DNA of 64,000 nucleotides from Acidobacteriota bacterium (GCA_038040455.1 JBBPIH010000005.1:99614-163613), one strand, 5' to 3'. Shown: positions 10,110 to 21,602, counted from the stretch's first letter. The notes: a model not told the origin generated them from the letters alone. Program-made: numbers and translations.

Positions 10110-13100
10110 ATGCTCAGACAAGAATCTATCACCGCTGTTTCTCAACCGCCAACGGCAACCGCCACGCCCGATTGTGACCTGCTTCCAGGAACAGAGACAT
10201 TGATCGAAGAGATTCGACAACGTTTGCTCGCCGGTGAGTCAGTCAACAACCGAACGCTTACAGAGATTGCCGACAAAGCGTATGGCGGTAGCCGCGCACG
10301 AGGCACGTACACCGCGAAGGATGCTTACGACGCGACGGAAACCGCTGTCAACAAGATACTCGAAACCAAGGCGAGCGAGTTAATGACAATGAATGTAAGC
10401 GACGCGCTCAGTCAGAACTTGCGACCTCTCACCGAGCGATTGCCCAGGCAATCAGACCGCACACGCGAGCAGGTACAGTTTCAGCAATTCTCAACACCGC
10501 CCGCACTCTCTTATATCGCCGCTCGACTCTTGAATGCTTCACCAAGTGACATAGTGCTAGAACCCTCAGCAGGAACAGGCAGCCTTGCGATATGGCCGCG
10601 TGCTATCGGCGCTCGCGTGGTATGCAACGAGATAGGCCCGCGCCGCCGCATGCTCCTCGACCAGATACTAGGATTTGAAACACACGCCGTAGATGCCGAA
10701 TTCATTCACGATCTGCTCGACTCAGAGATAAGACCCACCGCCGTTCTAATGAATCCGCCATTCAGCACCACAGGCGGACGCGTGACCGCGAACCGAATGA
10801 TCTACGGCGCTCGACACGTTGAAAGCGCGCTCAGACGATTGCAGCAAGGCGGCAGACTCGTTGCGGTCGCAAGCGAAGCGATGGGCTTCACCCGACCGGC
10901 GTTTAGCGATTGGTGGAAGGTACTAGCCACGACCTACAACGTCCGCGCCAACTTCCATCTGAGCGGTAATGAATATGGCAAGTACGGCACAAGCTACGGT
11001 CTGCAAATTCTTGTTATCGAAAAAACAGGCCCGACGCGGGGCGACAATTGGGAGCAACGGCTTAGCAACATCAATTGGAGCGAAGGAGATAACCTCGAAA
11101 GCCTCTGGGAGTCACTTAAAGACCTAGCAACGCGCGAGACGGACAAGGCCGACGAGAGCGATAACGCAGAGCCGGTTAAGACCCTCTTCGTTCCTTACAC
11201 TCCAGCCAGGGTGAAAGGCGGCAAGCCTCACCCCGCGCCTATTGTCGAGTCAGCCTCAATGGCTGCCGTCCTACCACCAGAGATAACTTACAGGCCGCAC
11301 CTTTCGCGCGAGATCATATCCGAAGGCCGCTTGTCCGACATTCAGCTTGAGCGTGTCATCTATGCAGGACAGCGACACGAGCAGCGACTACCCGATGGCT
11401 CACGAGCGGGCTACTACGTTGGCGATGGTACAGGAGTAGGCAAAGGCCGCATTCTGGCCGGTATCATCCTCGACAACTTCAACCAACAGCGAAGGCGCGC
11501 CATCTGGCTATCGGTCAACAATGACTTGCTTGAATCCACCAGGAGAGACCTTTAACGACTTAGGCGCTAACATAGCGCTCGCACGCATCAACGACTACGC
11601 GGCAGCCGACGATATTACTTTGCCCGAAGGCGTCATCTTTAGTTCTTACTCTTCGCTTATAGCAGCAGCGAAGAACGGCGCGCGCCGATTCGATCAGATA
11701 CAGCGCTGGTTAGGCTCAGACGCCGTTGTCATCTTTGATGAAGCGCACAAAGCAAAGAATGCGCTGGCCGGCGGTCGCGGTGAACCTACCCAAACCGGAC
11801 AGGCGGTAATCGACCTGCAAGACTCCGAGAAAACCCCCGAGTATCGAATTGTCTATTCCAGCGCCACGGGAGCAACCGACGTTCGCAACATGGCTTATAT
11901 GACGAGGCTTGGGCTCTGGGGCGATCTAACCTCGTTCCCAGGCGGCTTTAGGCAATTCCTGACCGAGATAGATGCGGGCGGAGTAGGAGCTATGGAAATG
12001 ATTAGCCGCGACCTTAAGGCGATGGGGATTTATGCGTCCGCTTCGATCAGCTTCGGCAAATGCCCGCGATCCGGTAAACCTGTCGAGTATGGCGAACGCA
12101 TACACCGTCTGACACCACAGCAACGCAAGATGTATAACAGCGCTGCGGATGCTTGGCAGGTAGTGATGCAAAACATCGGCGAGGCGCTTGGCATCACGAA
12201 CGGAGGCCGACGCGCACGCGCTAACGCGCTCAACAAGTTTTGGGGAGACCATCAGAGATTCTTTCGACAAGTTATCTCTGCGTTCAAAGTGCCGACTGTG
12301 ATCGAAGAGACAGAGAAGGCGATTAGAGAAGGCAAGTCGGTTGTCATTTCTCTTGTTGGCACCGGAGAGGCTAGAACGCGTGAGCAGGTAGCAAGAGCCA
12401 AAGCAGCAGGCGGAACGCTTGAAGACCTCGACTTCAGCCCGCGTGAAGTCATAGCCAACATGGTAGACCGTGGTTTTCCGACTACGCTATATCGCGACGT
12501 GACAGACCCGATAACTGGCAAGACTATCCAGGAGCCGGTACGAGACGCAGACGGCAACATCGTACAAAGCCGCCAAGCAATCGAGATGAAGCAATCGCTC
12601 ATCGACGGACTGTCGGCACTTGAACTGCCAGAGAACCCGCTTGATCAGCTAGTGAATCACTTCGGAGAAAGCAACATTGCGGAACTCACCGGGCGAACAC
12701 GGCGCTTGATCCGCGACCCCCGCAGCGGTCGCGTCGAATACCGTAAGCGCGCGCCAGAAGGAATTCCGATGCAGAACGTGAACGTGTATGAGATGGCGCA
12801 GTTTCAACAAGGCAAAAAGCGAATTGCGATAATTTCGGATGCCGCATCAACCGGAATTTCACTGCACGCTTCTAACCGTGAAGCCAATCAACAGCGCCGC
12901 GTACACATAACGCTTGAACTAGGATGGAGCGCAGATAAGCAGATGCAGACGTTTGGCCGCACGCACCGATCCGACCAAGCGATACCGCCCGAGTATGTGT
13001 TGCTCTCGACTGAACTAGGCGGAGAGAAGCGCTTTTCGTCTACGATCGCGCGTAGGCTTGGCAGCCTTGGAGCATTGACCAAAGGCGACCGCGGAGCAGC

Positions 13101-14610
13101 AGACAACGGCGACCTCGCAAAGTACAACTTCGAGACTGAGGAAGGCAGAGCAGCGCTCGGTTTGTTATTTCGGTCTATCCTGTCGGGAAAAGCGCTACCT
13201 GGAATCGACAATCCGCGTCAGACGCTCAGAGACATGGGTTTGCTTGTCGAACGAGACGGAGTGGAGACGGTTCGAAAGGAAGATGAATACAATGTTCCTC
13301 GCTTCTTGAATCGAGTGCTCGCCCTGGATGTAGACCGACAGAATGCAATGTTTGATCATTACGCGAAGCTGTTTGACGAGATCGTAAGCTTTGCGAAGGC
13401 GAACGGAACCTTTGACGAAGGAGTCACCGACATCAAAGCGTTGTCAGTTCGTTTAGTCGACTCTAGCGTTGTGCATCGGGAACACTCAACAGGAGCCGAG
13501 ACCACACACTGCACGCTTGAAATCGACCAGCCTACTAAGAAGGTAAGCTTCACCGAGGCAGAAGAAGCGCACACAGGGAAAGGTGGCGCTTTATTCGAGC
13601 ACCTACGTAAAGGCTCATTCATTCTTGCGTTGGAGTCTGGCAGGCATACTGACCCGGCCACAGGTAGCACGTACTCCAACTTTGCGGTGTGGCGGCCAGA
13701 GGGCGCACGCATCAGTTACATTCGAGACGCGCAGCTAACCGAAACCTATCGACCGGTCGTACCAGAGAACGTGGGCGATTGGTGGACGGCAAAGTATGCG
13801 ACGATCCCCGATGTTCAGACCTCGAAGCTACACGTTATCGGCGGAGCGATAACCCCACTCTGGCAAAGCCTTAAGACAACCGAGGCAACCCACTTGCGCG
13901 TTGTAAGACTAACAACCGATGACGGCCAGCGCATTGTAGGAGTTCAGGTACCGAGCGACCACGTAGGAGAAATATTAGGCGCTCTGGGCGTTGCTCGGAC
14001 GTTGCGCGAGACGAATGAGATCTTCAACGCGGTATTAGACGACGGGGAAGAAATCGCGCTCACAGCGGGGCTCACGCTTAAACGCGGAGCCATTCACCGG
14101 GACCCTGTCATCGAGCTATCCGGCGCTCACCCAACTATGTTTGCAACTCTCAGAAAGCTTGGCTTAATAAACGAGCAGATAAGCTGGAAACAAAGATTCT
14201 TCGTCCCGATTGAGGAAGAGCGAGGCAATGCAGTCATAGCGGCTCTATTAGAGCAGTTCCCGGCTATCACGACTGACGATGACGAAAGAAACTGCGACGA
14301 ACGGCCCGACCTTGCTATGCCGTCTGCAAGCACTATGCTGCAGCCAATTGACCTGGAGAACTGGATCGTCGAAACAGCCGAGCCTCAACATAACAATGAC
14401 GCAGAGCAGGAACGCGTAGCAATCACGGAATGCGAAAGTGGCCCGACGAGTGATGAATCCGAACCAAGTTTCACACATCCGAGCCAGAGCGCATGTTTGC
14501 CAATTGCGCGTCAGGCAAGCGCGGCGGGCATGCTCCAGACTCTGCCACCGGACTACCGAACGGCAGCGGTTCAGATCGGTTTCAACTTCGCCGAAAGCGA
14601 GTCCACTTAG
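10110..14610 (+). CDS. Strawberry-notch-family DNA methylase-helicase, split by a frameshift near 11550
   Basis: LEPSAGTG and NPPF (MTase), GDGTGVGKGR (P-loop), DEAH, SATGA, QTFGRTHRS. ORFs 10110..11555 and 11521..14610 join as RRDL-NDLG if one T is removed from GACCTTTAAC. Confidence 0.85.
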
Positions 14611-14830
14611 GACTCGCTTTCACTCGACGCGCAGCAGATGCTTGCACGCTGCGAATCCCGCCCACCCACCCTCATGTCGATTAGCCGCTCACTGCGAACT
14701 AGCTTCCGCATGGGAAAAGCTTAGATCATTCTGTTGGAGTAAAGATGTGGGCCAACGATGATGTTACACGCGCGTCTTGAACCGCGGTGACAATGGTGGT
14801 AGAAATCCCGCGGACTCGCTGTGAGCCGCG

Positions 14831-14978
14831 CCTCGCAGGTTTATACGGAATCCGCATAAACCCGAAAGGGTCCGTCGGACGGTTGGCTTCTTGCGAGGAC
14901 AATTGACTTACCAGAATGCAGCATCCGGGTTTATACCGAAGGAAGCGCGGTCGTTGGGCTTATACGGATACCGTATGA
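14831..14978. repeat. Cluster of three GG(G)TTTATACGGA-like sites and nested hairpins
   Basis: GGTTTATACGGA-A-TCCGCATAAACC (14838-14862), GGGTTTATACCGA (14927), GGGCTTATACGGATACCGTATGA (14956-14978). Confidence 0.55.
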
Positions 14979-15259
14979 TCGGACGCTACCTTCAAATAGG
15001 TGCCTGTTCTCATGATTAACGTGCTAATTTTGGCAGACGGATCTTCCGCTGTTGATGAGATCTATACGATCCTCTCGTCGAGCGAATTTTGGAATTCCTT
15101 CGGCAGTGAGTTCCAGGCACAACCTTTCGTTGGGCCATTTCTGTCGTCCGACCTAGTTCTAGAGCCTGATTCGATACGCCAGTATTCAGCCTTGCTCCTG
15201 CTCGCTGGCTTTTGTCTCTTCCAGATAGTCCGATGTAACGGATCACTCTATACCGGAAT

Positions 15260-15485
15260 TCTCATTTGTGAAACACAGAAACCTCACGGTTCACACGTCG
15301 ATGGGTCGAATGACCCGCCTGACAAATGCTTCTCAAAGAAGTGGCGGACCCACAAGACTGCGTATGCGCTTTATTTCACACACCACAATTTCTGCCGAGT
15401 GCATTCATCGCCGAGAGTGACGCCAGCGATGGAAGCTCGTATAACGAACCACGTCTGGAGCTTGAATGAATCAGTCGCAGCCTAA
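15260..15485 (+). pseudogene. IS1-family transposase C-terminal remnant
   Basis: Across frameshifts reads ..LTVHTSMGRMTRLTN-FSKKW...ALYFTHHNFCRVHSSPRVTPAMEARITNHVWSL, the IS1 C-terminal signature. Confidence 0.75.
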
Positions 15486-15870
15486 ACGGGTGCTTTTCGT
15501 CTGCGTCGAGAACTCCAACCGCAGTCAAATGGCTGAAGCCTTCGCTCGAATGTATGGAGGCGACAAAGTAGAAGCCTACAGCGCGGGCTCCCGGCCCTCC
15601 GGCAAAGTGAATCTCAAGGCCATCGACGCAATGAAAGAGCTCGACTACGATCTTAGCAAACACGCTTCTAAATCTCTCACGGACATCCCTGATATTGAAT
15701 ATGACTTGGTTGCTACTATGGGATGCGGTGATCAGTGTCCCTTCGTTCGAGCAAAACGGCATGAGGACTGGGATATTCCTGACCCGAAAGACTTGGAACG
15801 TGATGAATTCCGCCAAATCCGAGATGCGATTGGAGCCAAGGTCAAAGCGGCCCTTTCAACACAAGATTAG
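15466..15870 (+). CDS. arsC: Arsenate reductase / LMW phosphotyrosine phosphatase family
   Basis: VLFVCVENSNRSQMAE, SAGS, TMGCGDQCP, DWDIPDPK. Confidence 0.85.
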   Translation: MNQSQPKRVLFVCVENSNRSQMAEAFARMYGGDKVEAYSAGSRPSGKVNLKAIDAMKELDYDLSKHASKSLTDIPDIEYDLVATMGCGDQCPFVRAKRHEDWDIPDPKDLERDEFRQIRDAIGAKVKAALSTQD

Positions 15871-15905
15871 GACCACCGGATTTTGAATTGGGATTTGCGA
15901 GTGTG

Positions 15906-16115
15906 TTAAGGATGCTGCTGGTCTTCAGCGTAGACTGACTCGGTCTTTTCGCAGCAAGGCATTATCATCTTCCCATCCCGCTCGGCCTCGTTCTTGACAT
16001 CGCCGCTAACATCGCTTTCCTTTCCGCACGATGGACAGGTAATGGAATAGCTGTCGGTATGGACGCCGTCTATTACGATTCGGCTGAATAGTATGCGCTT
16101 CATTCGCTCTGCCAT
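15906..16115 (-). CDS. Small hypothetical protein, possible zinc ribbon
   Basis: CPSC...PCC, 69 aa; divergent from the sigma gene. Confidence 0.4.
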   Translation of the reverse strand: MAERMKRILFSRIVIDGVHTDSYSITCPSCGKESDVSGDVKNEAERDGKMIMPCCEKTESVYAEDQQHP

Positions 16116-16218
16116 AGTCGACCCAGTTTACAACCAGCTTCAATCCCCAGCAACAGACATTAGGACGGTACCCAAATACAATTCCTTGACCCATCTAATC
16201 ACTTCCGGTATTTTTAGC

Positions 16219-16244
16219 GGCAAATCTTAGGCGCCTCACCGTCT
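16219..16244 (+). promoter_or_regulatory. Putative ECF promoter (variant copy) upstream of the sigma gene
   Basis: GGCAAAT-N11-CACCGTCT, same spacing as the three exact copies. Confidence 0.6.
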
Positions 16245-16510
16245 ATAACTATCGGGGACCTCACCACCCGCGAAGAGAGTAAGAATCGAATATCTCGCTT
16301 GCCCCGCTTGGTGGGATTATTTCGGTCTTTGCCGAGCAAGGGTTCAGTGGGCTCTGTTCATTTTTGGTATGGGACAGTCTGAAGCCATTGCGGTCGTTAA
16401 GTCACTCGCGCTCAATCGGGGCCAGTATACCTTTAGATCGCGAGCTACTTACCCGCTTTAGATCTTGTGCCTGACGGCTATGGGTTTCACGCTTTCGCCT
16501 CTGGGGGTCT

Positions 16511-17602
16511 ATGCCTTCTGACGTAACAGTCAATGACACTCTTCTGCAACCTTTCTTGATGGCGCAGGACTCTGCTGAGTCGCAGCGCCAGCTCTTGATT
16601 CTATTGTCTGAGCACGCGGAGGCGCGCATGAGGGGCATCATATTGGCCCGCCTCCGTTCCTACTTCACCAGTCAAGAGCACGCCGCGGATCCCGAGGATC
16701 TATACAGCGAGGCCAAAACACGATTGCTCACTTACCTGTTTGAGCTGAAGACGGGCCGGAGGACTGCTCCGTGCGAAGACTTTCGGGGGTACGTTGCGGC
16801 GATCGCTCACAATGCGTGCCACGACCACTTCCGCCAGATGTATCCAGCACGCACCCGACTCCACAAGAAGATTCGTGACCTGCTTCAAGCCCATCCGAAT
16901 TTTGCTTTGTGGAAATCTAAAGACCAAAACAAAGGTGAGTGGCTATGTGGGTTTCACTGCTGGCGGGGTCGAAGCAGTTCGTTTACATCAACTGCCTGGC
17001 TACGGCGTTTCTATGAGAACCCAGAGACTGTGATTGAAGCCCTTTCACCTGGTAGTGACATTCAGCTGATGGACATCGACGATCTGTTAGCTTCGATCTT
17101 CAAGGAAGTCGGGGTACCCATCGGCCTAACCGATGTGGTCAATGTCGTGGCTGATATCAGAGGCGTTAAGGACGCGCCGGTTGCGTCATTCGACGCGAAC
17201 GGGGCCAGCTTGAGTTTGCAACTCCCAGATTCAAAGCTTCGCGTCGATTCGGTGCTCGAAATGCGCGAGCCCTTGATGCGAATCTGGCAGGGCTTGCAAG
17301 AGCTACCTCACGATCAGTTGCGAGCCTATTTGCTATATGCACGGGATAGCTCAGGGGAAGACCTGATCAACCTGTGCCTGGCAGCAGAGATCGCAACCGA
17401 GTCGGAGATAGCATTGCACTTGAGGATGGGAATGGACCAGTTTCGAGATCTCCGGTTGAATAGGTTGCCGCTCGACAACGAAGGTATAAGTAAGGAACTA
17501 GGCGTGACCGTCGAACGCGTCTACAAGCTACGTTACCGGGCTGGCAAACGTTTGAAATCGCTTCTGTCTGAAATAATCCCACAAAAGAAATGGCCCATGT
17601 AG
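16511..17602 (+). CDS. ECF-like RNA polymerase sigma factor with long insertion between sigma2 and sigma4
   Basis: Sigma2-like EDLYSEAKTRLL...FRGYVAAIAHNACHDHFR; C-terminal HTH LDNEGISKELGVTVERVYKLRYRAGKRL; 363 aa; followed by an anti-sigma gene. Confidence 0.8.
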   Translation: MPSDVTVNDTLLQPFLMAQDSAESQRQLLILLSEHAEARMRGIILARLRSYFTSQEHAADPEDLYSEAKTRLLTYLFELKTGRRTAPCEDFRGYVAAIAHNACHDHFRQMYPARTRLHKKIRDLLQAHPNFALWKSKDQNKGEWLCGFHCWRGRSSSFTSTAWLRRFYENPETVIEALSPGSDIQLMDIDDLLASIFKEVGVPIGLTDVVNVVADIRGVKDAPVASFDANGASLSLQLPDSKLRVDSVLEMREPLMRIWQGLQELPHDQLRAYLLYARDSSGEDLINLCLAAEIATESEIALHLRMGMDQFRDLRLNRLPLDNEGISKELGVTVERVYKLRYRAGKRLKSLLSEIIPQKKWPM

Positions 17603-17627
17603 GAAGAATTCCTCTCTCTCACCGTCT
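17602..17627 (+). promoter_or_regulatory. Putative ECF promoter upstream of the anti-sigma gene
   Basis: GGAAGAA-TTCCTCTCTCT-CACCGTCT. Confidence 0.7.
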
Positions 17628-17678
17628 CATTATAGAGAACGGTATGTGGTCGTTTGTGACGCGCTTTGACTGGTACGT

Positions 17679-18947
17679 ATGCAGACACACCTGTCAACTG
17701 AAGAGATAAAGAGCTACCTCGGTCGCCGACTGACGCGCGGCGATTTCGATAGAGTAAGTGACCATGTGCATAGTTGTGGGAGCTGCTATGGGGACTTTCT
17801 CGCCGAACTACAAAAGCGGTTTCCTATTGAAATTGATCTGAATGAGCTCGCGGGGCTGCAAGGGTGGCATCTAGGGGACGAAGAGTTGGCGGCGTACGTA
17901 GAAGGCCGAATGGATGAGCTTGACTTTGAATGCGCCAGTCTCCACCTCCAAGAGTGCGGCTCGTGCATGGAGAAGGCATCAGCCGCTTCCGAGTATCCGC
18001 TCGAGTATACGGGCTTGAAACGACGCGCAAGCCGGAGAGAAGCATTGACTTGGAACCGATACATACCCGGCGTCCAGTCAATCTCAACGCCTCGCTTGCA
18101 ACTGGCCGCCGCTGCCGTATTGCTCGTTGCTTTGGCGCTGATCATATTGGCCCTGCTGCAACCGAGGTCTGAGAAACCCCAGCTTGCGGGAAGTCCACCG
18201 CCAGAGACGCGTTCGCCCGATCCCTCTCCCCATCAACCTACGGTGCCGGTTGATCCGGCTCCTCGCGCGGGGTCCGACAACCGTCAGAACGTTGACGAGC
18301 CGATGCCAGGGCAGATGGCTGCCACTGCACATTCGGAAAAGCATCGAGTCGGACGCCGAGAGGATGAGAAAGAGCGAGTGCTGATCGCCAGGGACCTGGT
18401 AATGCCGGCTGCCATCGAGATGCTTGACAGGACGCCGTCGATCGCGGTCCGCGGGAATCCCACCTCCATTCAATCCTTCTCGATCATTCGCCCTTTCACG
18501 ACGGTGATAAAAAATGATCTTCCGATATTCTGCTGGACCGCGTTGAACGGAGCCACAAGTTACACCATCTCGGTTTATGACGCAGATCTCCACCTGGTTA
18601 TCACGAGTGAGCCGCTTACTGAAACTCGGTGGGTGATTCAAGACCGTCTTAAAGCCGGAATGGTTTACACGTGGATGGTGACTGCGCTCAAGGACGGCAA
18701 AGAGATTATCGCGCCTGCGTCGCCCGCTCGTGCGGAGTTCAAGGTCCTTGGAAAGACTGATCGGCGTAAGCTGAATCGCATGGTCAGTGGAACTACATCG
18801 CACGCAGCGCGTGGAGTTCTCTATACAGAAGCCGGATTGCTGGACGAGGCCGAGAAGGAGTTTCAAGCACACTTGGAACTTCGGCCAGCCGACGAACGCG
18901 TAAAACGGTTGCTCCGGATCGTCAGGTCTTGGCGGTTTGTGTCGTGA
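17679..18947 (+). CDS. Transmembrane anti-sigma factor with two zf-HC2 (ZAS) domains
   Basis: HLS...HVHSCGSC and HLG...HLQECGSC; TM helix LAAAAVLLVALALIILALL; Pro-rich linker; beta-rich extracytoplasmic domain; TPR-like C-terminal helices. Confidence 0.8.
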   Translation: MQTHLSTEEIKSYLGRRLTRGDFDRVSDHVHSCGSCYGDFLAELQKRFPIEIDLNELAGLQGWHLGDEELAAYVEGRMDELDFECASLHLQECGSCMEKASAASEYPLEYTGLKRRASRREALTWNRYIPGVQSISTPRLQLAAAAVLLVALALIILALLQPRSEKPQLAGSPPPETRSPDPSPHQPTVPVDPAPRAGSDNRQNVDEPMPGQMAATAHSEKHRVGRREDEKERVLIARDLVMPAAIEMLDRTPSIAVRGNPTSIQSFSIIRPFTTVIKNDLPIFCWTALNGATSYTISVYDADLHLVITSEPLTETRWVIQDRLKAGMVYTWMVTALKDGKEIIAPASPARAEFKVLGKTDRRKLNRMVSGTTSHAARGVLYTEAGLLDEAEKEFQAHLELRPADERVKRLLRIVRSWRFVS

Positions 18948-19194
18948 TTCCTCAAGATCTACCTGCCCTTAGTCTCTCAACGATAATAAACTGTCCTATG
19001 TCGGCTTCGGTAAGAACCTTCCCGCTAGGCTGAAACTCACAACAAGGGCGCTGTTCCCGCAACCAAGCGCAGAGTACCATTGGGAATTGGAGTTCTTATT
19101 CCAACAGGGAGTAGCAGTGGAATCTATCTGGAAAACAGATAGGCATGAGTTAGGCCCACCTGCGATGATGAGACATGCTCAAAGGACATTTGCA

Positions 19195-20556
19195 ATGAAA
19201 CCATATCGAATTCACTTAGCTTTCTTTGCTCTGCTAGTGGCAATTGTGCCAGCGCTTTCGTCACAGGAAAAGACTGTTACCCTAAAGGTTGAAATCGGCC
19301 CGAATGTGCGTGTCAGCGACCGCGGTGCTTCACACGTTGAACCCTATATCGCTGCCCATCCGCAGGACCCGAGAAATCTGATTATTGTGGCTTCACATAA
19401 CGTCGAAGGTAAGGGCATTCTCGCAGAGGCGTTCTTCACGACGGATGCGGGTAAGACCTGGGGCGCCTCCCGCTTGCCTCAACTGCAAGAGGCACTCCTA
19501 GCCAACAAGCTTAAAACGGCTATTGACGATTGGGTAACGTACGCGCCAGATGGTGTGGCATACATCTCGACCTTGGCTGATATGGAGGTTCAAGACCGGC
19601 GGCCAGATCAAATACTTGTCTATCGTTCTGAGGATCAAGGCAAAACCTGGCAAGGTCCGACAGTGATTCCACCCCAAGGTAGCTTTGATCGTCCCTTGAT
19701 GCTTGCGACAGGGACCAAAAACAACAAGCGTATTTATTTGGTAGCCAGTGACCGCGGAGGCTTTGCCGTTTTGAGGTCCGACGATGGCGGGCTTTCCTTT
19801 AAGCCTACCGCGTTTATCGAGCCTGACAATCTTGCTCATCAACCTAAGAATCCACTTCTTTTACCAGATGGGTCACTCCTTGTTCCTTATAATGATTACC
19901 CCTATATCAGTGTCAAGGAGCTTGAGGAGATGCGCCGTGATCCACGGCAACGACGATTGAATTCGTCCAGAATCTATGTCGTGCGGTCACGGGATGGCGG
20001 TCTGACCTTCGACACGCCGCAATTCGTCGCAGACATCCCACGAATGATTCCCGACGGTCTCGAAATGGCCGTCGATCTCTCGAACAGCAGATTCCGGGGT
20101 CGGATCTACGCCGCCTGGAATGGCGAGCGCGGGGATAGCCGCAACATGACAATCGCTTACTCGGCAGATGCCGGCAAGAGATGGTTGAAATCTGCGTTCT
20201 TTCGGGCAGATAACGTGGGTCCTGCCTTTTTCCCCACTTTAGCCGTGTCTCCTGATGGTGCAGTGGGTGTGAGCTGGCTTCAACACGAAAAAGGCGAGGA
20301 GAAATCGCACTGTTACCGGATCTACTTCGCAGCTTCAATTGATGGAGGAGAAACTTTCACACCGCCCCGAGTCGTCTCCGAGACGGTTTCTTGCCCAAGC
20401 AGTGAATCAAATAGAGAAACCATCGATAGATGGTCGCGGGGTGGCGACTATATGGGTCTAGCGGCGGCGGCAGACGGGAGCTTTCACCCGGTGTGGATTG
20501 ATGCTCGTGATGGAGCGTTCCAAGTCTACAGCGCGCGCATCCAGTTGGGAAAATGA
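19195..20556 (+). CDS. Exported BNR/Asp-box repeat (sialidase-like beta-propeller) protein
   Basis: Signal peptide from M at 19195 (AAGGA RBS); six Asp-boxes (TTDAGKTW, SEDQGKTW, SDDGGLSF, SRDGGLTF, SADAGKRW, SIDGGETF). Confidence 0.85.
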   Translation: MKPYRIHLAFFALLVAIVPALSSQEKTVTLKVEIGPNVRVSDRGASHVEPYIAAHPQDPRNLIIVASHNVEGKGILAEAFFTTDAGKTWGASRLPQLQEALLANKLKTAIDDWVTYAPDGVAYISTLADMEVQDRRPDQILVYRSEDQGKTWQGPTVIPPQGSFDRPLMLATGTKNNKRIYLVASDRGGFAVLRSDDGGLSFKPTAFIEPDNLAHQPKNPLLLPDGSLLVPYNDYPYISVKELEEMRRDPRQRRLNSSRIYVVRSRDGGLTFDTPQFVADIPRMIPDGLEMAVDLSNSRFRGRIYAAWNGERGDSRNMTIAYSADAGKRWLKSAFFRADNVGPAFFPTLAVSPDGAVGVSWLQHEKGEEKSHCYRIYFAASIDGGETFTPPRVVSETVSCPSSESNRETIDRWSRGGDYMGLAAAADGSFHPVWIDARDGAFQVYSARIQLGK

Positions 20557-20717
20557 GGGCACTTAGTGTCTAAGATAATGACGAATTCCGCGAGCTTTGA
20601 GATGCTTGAGTCAGATGGACGGAACCTTTAAAGTTCGGTTCTTAGGACGCGCGGCAGTGGTAACATCGCCTGCTACCGAGCCAGTGCCGATTCCACTATG
20701 AGAGGCTCTAACGATCG

Positions 20718-21521
20718 ATGCATCCATCGGAGAATTTGGCCGCAGAATACTCAACCAAGGCAGCAGCGTACGCGCAGCACTGGGTCCCAGTAATTCGTCC
20801 AATGGGCCAGCATCTGCTTCAGGCGTTGCCGCTCGCTTCGGCACGCCAAGTTCTCGACATTGGTACTGGTACTGGAGCACTCCTTCCTGACCTTGGTGCG
20901 GGCGCACCTGATGCGAGCATTGTCGGTATGGATCGCGCCGAGGGAATGCTCCGGATCGCGCAACGCGGCACTAATCACCCATTAGCGGTAATGGATGCAC
21001 AGCGGCTGGCCCTGCGGTCCGAGACAATCGATGTGGCAGTGCTGGTGTTCATGCTTTTCCATTTGCCCGATGTATTGGCGGCACTCAACGAGGTCCACAG
21101 GGTATTGCGCGCAGGCGGGGCGGTGGGGATCGTCACCTGGGGCGAGGACCCGGGCGTGCCGGGTTTGTCGATCTGGATAGAAGAACTCGACGCGCACGGG
21201 GCGGCACCCGACTCTCGGGATCCCAGCGTGATGCAACAAGCTCAGATGGATACGCCGAAGAAACTGTCGGGGCTGCTGCAAGCGGCGGGCTATACCTCGG
21301 TGAGGGTGTGGAACAAGACTTTTCAGCATTGCTGGACAGTGGAGCACCTCTTGGAGTTGCAACTTTGTTGCTGCATGCCTGGTCGGCGCTTGATAAGCTT
21401 GCCGACATCGTTAAGGGCAGCTTGTCGATCACGAGCAGAGGCGCGCCTTGCTCGGCTCACCCCGGAGGAACTTGTGTACGAACCTGAAGTCTTGTTTGCG
21501 GTTGCGCACCGGCTGGCTTAA
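20718..21521 (+). CDS. Class I SAM-dependent methyltransferase
   Basis: [27 protein letters not shown]. Confidence 0.85.
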   Translation: MHPSENLAAEYSTKAAAYAQHWVPVIRPMGQHLLQALPLASARQVLDIGTGTGALLPDLGAGAPDASIVGMDRAEGMLRIAQRGTNHPLAVMDAQRLALRSETIDVAVLVFMLFHLPDVLAALNEVHRVLRAGGAVGIVTWGEDPGVPGLSIWIEELDAHGAAPDSRDPSVMQQAQMDTPKKLSGLLQAAGYTSVRVWNKTFQHCWTVEHLLELQLCCCMPGRRLISLPTSLRAACRSRAEARLARLTPEELVYEPEVLFAVAHRLA

Positions 21522-21602
21522 CTCGGTTGTTAGCCTGCGCGAGCATCGGAACGCTCACAGTGGGGCCCCGGTAGTCTCATTTGAGATCGACAGTTTGATA
21601 AT

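Noticed and set aside
15000-15485. 161-aa ORF as a real gene
   Set aside because: Only its 3' part is meaningful (IS1 remnant); the 5' part looks like chance open frame.
18950-20580. Extra ECF promoter copies near 18955 and 20550
   Set aside because: They contain GTCT, but the spacing and -35 element do not match the N11 consensus.
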